A stretch of DNA of 63,991 nt from Pocillopora damicornis (lineage: Eukaryota). A program made the position numbers and the translations under genes. The stretch is from contig NW_020844672.1 in the NCBI RefSeq assembly GCF_003704095.1, forward strand, positions 682,010 to 746,000. The letters are read 5' to 3'. How positions within the stretch are numbered: position 1 is the first letter of the stretch; each line of letters starts with the position of its first letter. Under the pieces are notes generated by a model that saw nothing but the letters and a program-made list of their open reading frames with translations, ran no database searches and had not been told where the DNA came from. This document shows positions 1 through 10,541 of the stretch, one piece after another.

Positions 1-1790
1 CATTCATACATGGGACTCGAGTTTTATGGAGCAAAGTCTAAGTTCAGATTAGCTGTTCCGCAGAAGTCATGTCGAAACTCCCTTATGACATATGAAGTAA
101 AGAGTGACGGTCAAAGTTCAAAGTTCTCTGTTCCCGCTCCATAATTAAGCTCTCTTGGACTTTCCCTAACTAATGATGACGTAATCGTTATCGCCTTCCC
201 TTCCCTGCATAAGAATAAAATTACGAATTTTGTTGAACTAACTTAAACTTCTTGAAATTCAATTGGAATTGGTAATTTGTTCTTGAATCAGTACAATTTA
301 AATATCCGGAATATCATAATGGACGTTTTGAATAGGCAGGAGTACATAGACAAGTATTTAAATGACTGCTGTTATGTTTATTTTAGGGTGAAAATATACA
401 AGTAAAGGAAGTGCCTTGAATTCGGGATTTGCTTTCGCGTGGCTTTTACGTATGCATATACTCACGGGATACCTCATTTAGAGAAATTTAGATATTAATT
501 TTTTGTATGGTTTTCAGTGCGAGTGGAAATGAAAAACCTTAATATACTATATACTGAGAACGACTTGTCCTAGCGGTAAAATCAACCTTTTTTCCACTTT
601 TAATTAAGAAGCTTAGTGACTACGCATGATTAGCGGGTGCTAAAATTGGCATTCACGACTTTTAAAACCTGTCGTTTTGCAAAAAAGACTCGTCCCGATA
701 TACGATGTACCTCGGCAATTAAAAGGGTAAATACGCATCAAATAACAAGTTTACTTGACGATGGAGGAAACCGTAACTAAAAACAAACAATAAAGGAAAG
801 AAAGAGAAGATGAAACCGTTTTCACGATTTGCTCGAGCATTTTGGCGTGGGCATTGACACGAACGGTGGTGCTGCTTCAGCGAGCATGCAATATTGCCCA
901 GGTTCGGAAAGTTGACGTATTTTAGCGTTGGAAACCTTAATAAAAGAAGAGAAAAAATCTCCACTAATGTCCTGGACTGACTAATGTGCATTTGATGTAT
1001 GAGCAAAGCCTTTCGTTAGCGAAAAAGTATGCTCGGATTTTTTTGCCTTGCATATCAACCTTTCCGAGAAGCTCTCGGTTTTTTGGAGAGCGAAGAAAAA
1101 GCGCGTCTCTAAGAACAGATACTATCCAAGGACGATCACAAGACCAATTTTTTATTGAGCCAGTTAAAAGAAGAAGATTTGCTTTTACAATCCTTCGATT
1201 ATTGTACAAGGTGCGCAGAGCAAAATGTTCACAGAAAGCTTCTTCCTATCAAAACTTTTACTGCGTGGATTGTTGACTTTTCGGTGTTGTTTTGTTACAA
1301 TCTGAACAAACTTTTTCACCTTGAAATTTGAACGAGAACCCTCGTTTTCTTTTAACAAAAGGTTTAAAAATTTGGATTTATCACCAAGACACTATCAATG
1401 GAAAATTCCCGTCCTAGCTGAGGCTTTTACTCGGTCATGTGACACATTTATACCTATACTAGCTCTCGGATCATTCCTACCGCGTAGCTGTAGGAATTTA
1501 CACCCGCTTGGCCATGGAAGGTATGAGTACGAGACTGGTGAAGACCATCCCATACGAAGGAAAGCATTTGATGAATTATAAAACTCCATACCCGACTGAC
1601 AAGAAGATGCGTTTCAGTGGAGTTTTCTTTAAGAGAACACTTTCTGATGCCTATTCTAGGGTAAATTAATTCCTTTGACGGTCAATCTTGGTTATATCTG
1701 TCAGGTTTCAAATTCACCTTAGCATGTTGCCAAAAAAAGTTTAATTCTATGTTCATGTAAATCATTAGCAGTCGTTGCGCTGGAAAGGAG

Positions 1791-1860
1791 GACGGGGACG
1801 CGGACGGGGACGCGGACGGGGACGCGGACGGGGACGCGGACGGGGACGCGGACAGAGACG
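1791..1860 (+). repeat. GC-rich minisatellite (GACGGGGACGCG)x5 plus a degenerate copy
   Basis: The 12-bp tandem unit is directly visible at 1791-1850. It explains the SASP/VPVR low-complexity ORFs. Confidence 0.95.
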
Positions 1861-2081
1861 AAGACAAGGACTTGGATCAGGATGAGGATACTGAGATGAG
1901 CATAAGGATGAGGACCAGAACCAGGATCAGATTGAGGTTTTAATATAAGTATTCGAATGTCTTGCAACACACAAGAAATGAGAGAAAGATGTTTCTCAAG
2001 CGAAACTGACCGGACCACTTTTACGGAGACTCGATCTGTCTTCAAGCATTAACAATGCAACAACATCAAATTTAGTTCATA

Positions 2082-3054
2082 TCAAGGGAGAGGACCTACC
2101 TCCTTTTTACACCAAATTACTGGCAAACAGAAAAAATGCTATGGATGAAGGGTAATGCCTCTACCTTCAGATCTTGAACTCGCATGCAATTCACCACAGG
2201 GTGTAAGGAGGGATTTGCCATAACGATCAATGTTAATACATCTAGTATATAAAGCGATGTACTACCAAAATCTGCGATTGTAACATAAACCAAAATACAG
2301 AAAAATGGAAAGTAAGTTGACAAAGATAAACAGAATATCAGAAACACACTTTTTAGGGATTTGCGATAATGTTCCAGCTGAAACGAGCGCAGTGCTTGTA
2401 CATGAAGTTTTTGCTATCGTACAGTTATGTAGTTCCTTCTGTAACAATACAGGGAAATGATAATACAGATGAAAATAACAATATCATCGACTATCTTTCT
2501 AAATTTAACACTAAAAAATATGGAGACCGTACAAAAGGCACTGATGAGCCAGCCCAAAACTAAAGCAGCAACAATATGTTTGACAGTAACCACTGTCTTG
2601 TATCTCGTGAGGAGATGAAGAGCGAGATATCTATCCACAGCGATAGTGCTCAGCGTCCATACAGACACCATAATAAAGAAAAGAGCCGTCAGACTGAACG
2701 GCAAAGCTACGGTACAGTAACGCCATGCGTTGTCCCAAGCAACACCCAACATATAGGCAAAAAATAAGGGCTGATTTAGTCCTGTCGCGAGATCGGAGAA
2801 GGCAAGACCGTAAAAGAGCGCTTTTGTAGCGGAGTACATCGATTTACTGCGCCAAAGAGCGATTATAACGATTGTGTTACCAACAAGGGCTGTTAATAAA
2901 CTCATTACGCTGCCGGTAATAAATAAAATGTAAGCAACGACGAGTTCTGGCGAGCAAGAATGAAAAAAGAAATATCCAAGGAATTCGAACATGAGATGTC
3001 ATATTGGCCTGTAGCAGAAAAATTCCTGAAAAATATTCGGGAAGAATTGGTCAT
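2082..3054 (-). pseudogene. Class A GPCR pseudogene (copy A)
   Basis: Paralog of 8506-9480 with ATG at 3054. Lesions: a 1-nt deletion near 2936 (TCG TT GCT vs TCG TTT GCT), CAG>TAG at 2414-2416, and a further frameshift near the C-terminus. TM2 LAFSDL and TM3 AVDRY are retained, but NPxxY has decayed to HPVVN. Confidence 0.9.
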
Positions 3055-3991
3055 CGCTTAGGCAAACTTACTTGATTATACAGGAACTCAGGTGTCGAGA
3101 AGGAGGACAGAAATATATTCTCCATGGCTGAGAGGTTTTGCTTTTTAACGAACGTAAGTGGGTTAAACGTAATTGTCAATCATATCATTGATACTTCTGA
3201 GCTGTTCGATGATAATTCTGACTTACCGTGAAACCCTCAGCGTTAAGGGTGAATTCGTCAAAATTGAACAGCAGCCCACATCCTTTTGCTTTTAACGAGC
3301 ATTTAAAGCGCAATTACAGAATACAGGGATGGTCATAAGTTCAAGTCTCATTGAAAAAGTCAAACGAAGTCGACAGACAAGTGACATAGGTATTGAAGAA
3401 CAAAGTTCAGGTTCTCAGCCTTCTCTCCTTAAGCTCTACTTCGACTGTCCTTCGCCACGTCTAGCGTAATCGTCCTCGCCTTCCTTCCCCTGATGAGATA
3501 ACGAGAATTTTTTGTGTACGAGAACCTTTTTAAATTCCATTGGACTTGATATTTTGTCTTTGATACTTGTTAAATGCTATATGAAATATCATGGTGCACC
3601 TTTTGAATGGGCAGGTGTTGCATAAGTTGGCTTTTGTCATCAAACNNNNNNNNNNNNNNNNNNNNNNNNNNNNNNNNNNNNNNNNNNNNNNNNNNNNNNN
3701 NNNNNNNNNNNNNNNNNNNNNNNNNNNNNNNNNNNNNNNNNNNNNCTGCTGTTCAATTTTGACCAACTCGCCCTTAACACTGAGGGTTTAAGAGTAAGTC
3801 AGAATTATCATCGAACAGCTCAGAAGTATCCATTAGGAAAAAAATGTATCTGAATCAATGAAATGTTTGACAACTACGTTTAACCCACTCACGTTCGTTT
3901 AAAAGCAAAACCTCTCCGCCATCGAGAATATCTTTCTGTGTTGCTTCTCGACACCTGAGTTCCTGTATAATCGAGTAAGTTTGCATAAGCG

Positions 3992-4967
3992 ATGATCAAT
4001 TCTTCGCGAATATTCTTCAGGAATCTTTCTGCTACAGGCCAATATGACATCTCTTGTTCGAATTCCATGGATATTTCCTTTTTCATTTTTGCTCGCAAGA
4101 GCTCATCGTTTGCTTACATTTTATTAGCCATCAAAAGCGTAATGTGTTCATTCACAGCCGTTGTTGGTAACACAATCGTTATACTCGCTCTCGGGCGCAG
4201 TAAATCGATGCACTCCGCTACAAAAAGCGCTCTTTTACAGTCTTGCCTTCTCCGATCTCGCGACAGGACTGACTCAGCCCTTATTTGTCGCATATCTGTT
4301 GGGTGTTGCTTGGGACAACGCATGGATTTACTGCACCGTAGCTTTGCCGTTCAGTCTAACAGCTCTTTTCTTTAGTATGGTGTCTCTATGGACGCTGAGC
4401 ACTATCGCTGTGGATAGATATCTCGCTCTTCATCTCCTCACGAGATACAAAACAGTGGTTACTGTCAAACTTATTGTTGCTGCTTTAGTTTTGGGATGGC
4501 TCATCAGTGCCTTTTGTACGGTCTCCATATTTTTTAGTTTTAAATTTGCAAAGATAGTCGGTGATATTGTTATTTTCATCTGTATTGTCACTTCCCTGTA
4601 TTGTTACAAGAGGAACTACATAACTTTACGACAGCAAAAACTTCATGTACAAGCATTGCGCTCATTTCAGGTGGAACATTATCGCAAATCTCTAAAAAGC
4701 ATGTTTATAATATTCTGTTTATTTTTGTTAACTTACATTCCATTTTTCTGTATTCTGGTTTTCGTTACAATCGAAGGTTTTGGTAGTACATCGCTTTTTA
4801 TACTAGATTTATCAACATTGATCGTTATGGCAAATTCCTTCTTAAACCCTGTGGTGTATTGTATGCGAGTTCAAGATCTGAAGGTAGAGGCAATACGTGT
4901 CATCCATAGCATTTTCTTCTGTTTGCCAGTAATTTGGTTTAAAAAGGAGGTAGGTCCTCTCCCTTGA
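3992..4967 (+). pseudogene. Class A GPCR (copy B), interrupted by a single +1 frameshift (pseudogene or assembly error)
   Basis: ORFs 3992-4375 and 4161-4967 join into a full-length receptor if one A is removed from the A5 run at 4222-4226 (GCTACAAAAAGCG vs GCTACAAAAGCG in copy A). LAFSDL, AVDRY and NSFLNPVVY are intact. Confidence 0.8.
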
Positions 4968-6957
4968 TATGAACTAAATTTGATGTTGTTACATTGCTAA
5001 TACTTGAAGACAGATCTAGTCTCCGTGAACGTGGTCCGGCCAGTTTCGCTTGAGAAACGTATTTCGCTCATTTCATGTGTGTTGGAAGACATTCAAGTAC
5101 TTATCTTAAAACCTCAATCTGATCCTAGTCCTTGTTTTCGTCCCTGTCCGCGCCCCTATCTCCGCATCTTCGTCTGCGTCTTCGTCCTCCTATCCAGCCC
5201 GAAGACTGCTAATGATATACATGAAAATGGAATTAAACTTTTCTTAGCAACATGCCAAGGCGAATTTGAAACCTGACAGATATAGCCAACATTGACCGTC
5301 AAAGAAATGAATTTACCATAGAGTAGGCATCAGAAAGTGTTCTCTTAAAGAAAACTCCACTGAAACACATCTTTTTGTGTCAATTATAAAGTATACGAAA
5401 CACAGACGGATATGAAGTCATATAATTCATTAAATGCTTTCCTTCGTATGGGATGGTCTACTTTAGTCTCGTATCCAGACCTTCCACGGCCAAGTGGGTG
5501 TAAGTTCCTACAGCTACGCGGTATGAATGATCCGAGAGCTAGTATAGGTATAAACGTCTCAAATGACCGAGTACAAGCCTCAGTTAGGACGGGAATTTTC
5601 CAGTGATATTGTCTTAATGATAAATCCAAACTTTTAAACCTTTTGTTCAAAAAAATGAGAGATCTCGTTCAAATTTCAATTTCAAGGCGAAAAAGTTTGT
5701 TCAGATTGTAACGAAACAACACCAAAAAGTCAACAATCCACGCAGTAAAAGTTTTGATAGGAAGAAGCTTTCTGTAAACATTTTGCTCTGTGCACCTCAT
5801 ACAATAATCGAAGGATTGTAAAAACAAATCATGCACTTTTAATTGGCTCGAAAACAAAATTGTCTTGTGATCGTCCTTGGATGGTATCTGTTCTTAGAGA
5901 CACACCTTTTTTCGCTCTCTAAAAATCGAGGGCTTCTCGAAAAAGTTGATATCCAAGACACAAATATCCGAGCATATTTTTTCGCAAAAGGAGAGGCTAG
6001 TACTCCTATATCAAATACACACTAAAAACACTCGTGTTCAGCCCTGGACATAAGTGGAGATTTTTCTATTCTTTTATTAAGATTTTCAACGCTCAAATAC
6101 GTTGACTTTTCGAGCCTGGGCAATATTGCATGCTCGCTGAAGCAGCACCACTGTTCGTGTCAATGCCCACACCTACCTTGTCAGGCAAGTCGTTAATACG
6201 GTTTCATCTTCTATTTATTTCCTTTATTGTTTGTTTTTAGTCACGGTTTTCTTCACCGTCAAGGAAACTTATTATTTGATGAATATTTACCCCTTCAATC
6301 GCCGAGGTACATCGGGGCGACTCTTTCTTCCAAAAGGACAAGTTTTAAGAGTCGTGTATGCCAATTTCAGCACCCGCTTATCATGCGTATTTACTAAGCT
6401 TCTTAATTACAAGTGGAAAAAAGGTTGATTTTATCGTTAGGACAAGTCGTTCTCAGTATATAGTATACTAGGTTTTCATTTCCGCTCGCACTGAAAACCA
6501 TACCAAAAATCAATATCTAAATTTCTCTAGAGGAGCTATCCCGTGAGTATATGCATACGTAAAAGCCACGTGAAAGTAAATCCCGAATTCAAGGCAAATC
6601 CTTTAATATCATACTTGTACAATTTCACTCTAAAATAAACATGACAACAGCCATTTAAATACTTGTTTGATGAGAATTGCCAACTTCTGCAACTCCTGCC
6701 TATTCCAAAGGTCCATTATGATATTCCAGATAATTAAATTGAACTGATTAAAGAACAAATTAACAATTCTAATTGAGTTTCAAAAAGTTTAACTTAGTTC
6801 AACAAAATTCGTAATTTTATTCTTAAGCAGGGAAGGGAAGGCAATAATGATTACGTCNNNNNNNNNNNNNNNNNNNNNNNNNNNNNNNNNNNNNNNNNNN
6901 NNNNNNNNNNNNNNNNNNNNNNNNNNNNNNNNNNNNNNNNNNNNNNNNNNNNNNNNN

Positions 6958-8070
6958 TGAACATTTTGCTCTGTGCACCTCATACGATAATCGAAGGATT
7001 GTAAAAACAAATCTTCCCCTTTAAATTAGCCCAAAAAAAATTGGTCGTGTGATCATCCTTGAATAATATCTTTTCTTAGAGACGCGCTTTTTCTTCGCTC
7101 TCAAAAAACCGACAGCTTCTTGGAAAAGTTGATAAGCAAGGCACAAATATCCGAGCATATTTTTTACGCTAAGGAGAGGCTAGTGCTCATATGTCAAATA
7201 CACACTAAAGTACTTGTGGTCAGTCCTCAACATTAATGGAGATTTTCCTCTTCTTTTATTAAGGTTTTCAACGCTCAAATACGTCAACTTTCCGAGCCTG
7301 GGCAATATTGCATGCTCGCTGAAGCAGCACCACTGTTCGTGTCAATGCCCACACCTACCTTGTCAGGCAAATCGTCAACACGGTTTCATCTTCTATTTAT
7401 TTCCTTTATTGTCTGTTTTTAGTCGCGGTTTTCTTCACCGTCAAGGAAACGTATTATTTGATGAATGTTTACCCCTTCAATCGCCGAGCTACATCGGGGC
7501 GACTCTTTCTTACAAAAGAACAAGTTTTAAGAGTCGTGTATGCCAATTTCAGCACCCGCTAATCATGCGTATTTACTAAGCTCCTTAACTACAAGTGGAA
7601 AAAAGATTGATTTTACCATTAGGACAAGTCGTTCTTGTTATATAATACATTAAGTTTTCATTTCTGCTCGAACTGAAAACCAAACCAAAAATCGATATCT
7701 AAATTTCTCTAAATGAGCTATCCCGTGAGTATAGATACGTAAAAGCCAAGTGAAAGCAAATCCCGAATTCAAAGCTCATCCTTTATTAAAGTATGTGAAA
7801 ATGTACAAGCTTGACATTAAACTTTAATGTCAAGCTTTTAAATTTTCACTCTAAAATAAACATGGCAGCAGTCATTTAAATACTTGTTTGATGAGAATTG
7901 CCAACTTCTGCGACACCTGCCTATTCAAAGGTCCATTATAATATTCCAAATAATTAAATTGAACTAATTCAAGAAAAAATTACCAATTCCAATTGAATTT
8001 CAAAAAGGTCAACTCAGTTCAACAAATTCCTAATTTTATCGTTCAGCGGGGAAGGAAAGGCAATAACGAT
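6958..8070 (+). repeat. Direct duplicate of the GPCR-unit spacer (~5775-6857), leading into the upstream region of copy C
   Basis: 6958-8070 aligns with 5775-6857. 8100-8140 matches the reverse complement of 120-150, and 8150-8250 matches the reverse complement of ~3280-3390. The repeat unit is therefore spacer-promoter-GPCR. Confidence 0.85.
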
Positions 8071-8505
8071 TATGCCAGCAATAGCAGGGAAAAGACGAAA
8101 AGAGCTTAATTATGGAGCGGGGACCGAGAACTTTGACTGTTCACTGTTTACATCATATGTCACTTGTCTTTTCAATAGCACTTGAGATTTTGGCCATCCA
8201 TGTATATTTCATTTGCGCTTAAAATCGTAATTAAAAGCAAAAGATGATAGGTTTCTGCTCTGTCTTTACGAATTCGCTCTTAATACTTAAGGTTTAACAG
8301 CAGGTCCAAATAGATATCGGAACAGCTTGGAAGTACATCCATCACTAAAAAGAGATTGAATCAATGTATCGGTTGATAATTATCTTTATTCTCACATGAG
8401 TTAAAAAGCAAAAATTCTTCGCTACGGGTAATAGTCCTCTGTGCTGCTTCCAGACGCCTGAGTTCAGATTTAGTTCCTGTGTAATCAACTAAGACTACCT
8501 CAGCG

Positions 8506-9480
8506 ATGGCTAATTCCTCACAAATGTTTTCCAAAACTCTTTCTGCGACAAGCGAATATAACATCTCGTGTTCCTTGGATATTTCTTTTTTCGTTTTCGC
8601 TCGCCAGAACTCATCGTTTGCCTACATCTTTTTAGCTATGGGCAGCATAATATGTTCAGTAACAGCTCTTGTCGGTAACACAATCGTTATACTCGCTCTT
8701 TGGCGCAGTAAATCGATGCACTCCGCTACAAAGGCACTGTTCTACAGTCTTGCCATCTCCGATCTCGCGACAGGACTGACTCAGCCCTTATTTGTTGCAT
8801 ATCTGTTGGGTGCCGCTTGGGACAACGCATGGCTTTACTGTACCGTGGGTTTACCGTTCAGTCTGACGACTACTTTCTTTAGTATGGTGTCTCTATGGAC
8901 GCTGAGCATTATCGCTGTGGATAGATATCTCGCTCTTCATCTCCTCACGAGATACAAGACAGTGGTTACTGTCAAACTTATTGTTCTTGCTTTAGTTTTG
9001 GGCTGGCTCATCAGTGCCTTTTGTACGGTCTCTGTAATTTTTACTGTTAAATTTAGACAGATAGTCAGTGATGTTGTGGTTTTTATCTGTATTGTCATTT
9101 CCCTGTATTTTTACGGAAGGAACTACCTAACTTTACGACAGCAAAAACTTCATGTACAAGCACTGCGCTCGTTTCAAATGGAACATTATCGCAAATCTCT
9201 AAATAGCATGTTTCTGATATTCTGTTTATTTTTGCTAACTTATGTTCCTATAATCTCTATCTTCGTTTTTGTTATAATCGAAGGTTTTGGTAGCACATCG
9301 CTTTTTATAGTAGATATATTGACATTGATCGTTATAGCGAATTCATCGATAAACCCTGTTGTGTATTGCATGCGAGTTCGAGATCTGAAGGTAGAGGCAA
9401 TACGTGTCATCCAAAGCATTTTCTTATGTTGGCCAGTTATTTGGTTTAAAAAGAAAAAGGTGGCTCCTCTTCCAGCATAA
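8506..9480 (+). CDS. Intronless class A (rhodopsin-like) orphan GPCR, 324 aa, melanocortin/adenosine-receptor-like cnidarian-type expansion (copy C, intact)
   Basis: Seven hydrophobic segments, N-terminal N-glycosylation sequons (NSS, NIS), TM1 GNTIV, TM2 SLAISDL, TM3 AVDRY, TM4 W, TM7 NSSINPVVY and a very short ECL2. Confidence 0.93.
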   Translation: MANSSQMFSKTLSATSEYNISCSLDISFFVFARQNSSFAYIFLAMGSIICSVTALVGNTIVILALWRSKSMHSATKALFYSLAISDLATGLTQPLFVAYLLGAAWDNAWLYCTVGLPFSLTTTFFSMVSLWTLSIIAVDRYLALHLLTRYKTVVTVKLIVLALVLGWLISAFCTVSVIFTVKFRQIVSDVVVFICIVISLYFYGRNYLTLRQQKLHVQALRSFQMEHYRKSLNSMFLIFCLFLLTYVPIISIFVFVIIEGFGSTSLFIVDILTLIVIANSSINPVVYCMRVRDLKVEAIRVIQSIFLCWPVIWFKKKKVAPLPA

Positions 9481-9699
9481 TCTAACGCAAACTAAATGTT
9501 ATCGCATAATTTTATGCTTAGATAACAATTGCTGTAAATAAGTAATAATCAAGGTATCCTGTCTGTGTTACCTCACAGAGCCTTCGACTTCGGCAGATGA
9601 CTCAGACCTCGGTTATGATAATTTATGTAAGTATGTGCCACACAGGTGAATAGTGCTTTTTGTATGCGATTTTTGGCTGGTTCATAGGTGAATAGCACG

Positions 9700-9936
9700 T
9701 GCTATCCACCTCCGAGCAGCCGAAGAGGTAAAATCGTGCGTCAAGAGTTTTATTTCCCGACCATTTTTTGGTACATTGAAAGAAATAAACTATTTTTTGG
9801 TATCTATACATGTGTGGTATACATTAAAACAGTTATTCACCTCAGCATCGATGAAAGTGGTGGAATTTTTACTGAGTGGCGAGGTGGCGAGGTAAATTTC
9901 CTCCGTTGTTAACCTCCACTTCGGTGATAATTGTTA
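9700..9936. mobile_element. Interspersed non-autonomous repeat (AACAGTTATTCACCTC...CACTTCGGTGATAATTGTT type)
   Basis: Internal inverted symmetry between ~9827-9860 and ~9905-9936. It resembles abundant cnidarian interspersed repeats (recalled, not searched). Confidence 0.45.
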
Positions 9937-10420
9937 GATATGATACTCAGTTGCTCCTGATAAACGACCAGGTTACTAAGCAAAGTATAAAATTGGCGGC
10001 TCCCTAACCTGAATTTTAATTAGGAGGTTACAAATAGTTTAAAATCTCTTGATGATAGTGTAAAGCAGCTGAGTACATTTTTCGAAAGGTAAGAAAAATG
10101 TTGAAATTCCGGACGTTTTTGCGTATGATTTTAAAAATACTTTCTGATGGCGTGATAAGAATTATTACGATTATTTCAAGGCCGAATGAGCACGCACGAA
10201 TTTTAATCGGGTTTGCACATATGCATACGAGTCTAACAAACAAACAAATTAATAAATAGACCAAAAAGACTAATGTGCAAACAAACAGGAAAAAACGTTA
10301 AATTGCGATCTTGGTTCCCCCCGCATTTTCCCGCCATTTTTTGTCATGTTCATAACAAGGGATTTTCGAAAGCTACCTTACCCCTCCCCAGACAGTGTTT
10401 GCGGCATAGCTGAAATTTCA

Positions 10421-10440
10421 TAAACAGTTTATATAGCAAC
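10421..10440 (+). promoter_or_regulatory. Adjacent forkhead site (TAAACA) and RFX X-box-like motif (GTTTATATAGCAAC) ~100 bp upstream of the ATG at 10542
   Basis: A 14-bp GTT...TAGCAAC X-box-like element at 10427-10440 directly follows TAAACA at 10421-10426. Further (A/C)AAACA motifs occur at ~10235-10290. Confidence 0.45.
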
Positions 10441-10541
10441 CTAAAGCTGATCTGCATAACACTGTATTTTAACGCCGTGTCTGGTCGTTGCGGGGCAAAA
10501 ATATTGTGTTAATCATGGGTTAGTCGATCAGGAAAGAAAAA

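Larger units (their letters stand above)
178..6857. repeat. ~3.1-kb inverted segmental duplication (arms ~178-3275 and ~3746-6857), each arm carrying one GPCR copy, head-to-head
   Basis: 3746-3830 is the reverse complement of ~3190-3275, and 6790-6857 is the reverse complement of ~178-250. Sequence between these anchors is colinear (e.g. 1321-1620 vs 5330-5690). A 100-N gap (3646-3745) lies in the spacer. Confidence 0.9.

Noticed and set aside
1682-2045. SASP- and VPVR-repeat ORFs
   Set aside because: These are translation products of the 12-bp minisatellite and are not conserved in the paralogous arm.
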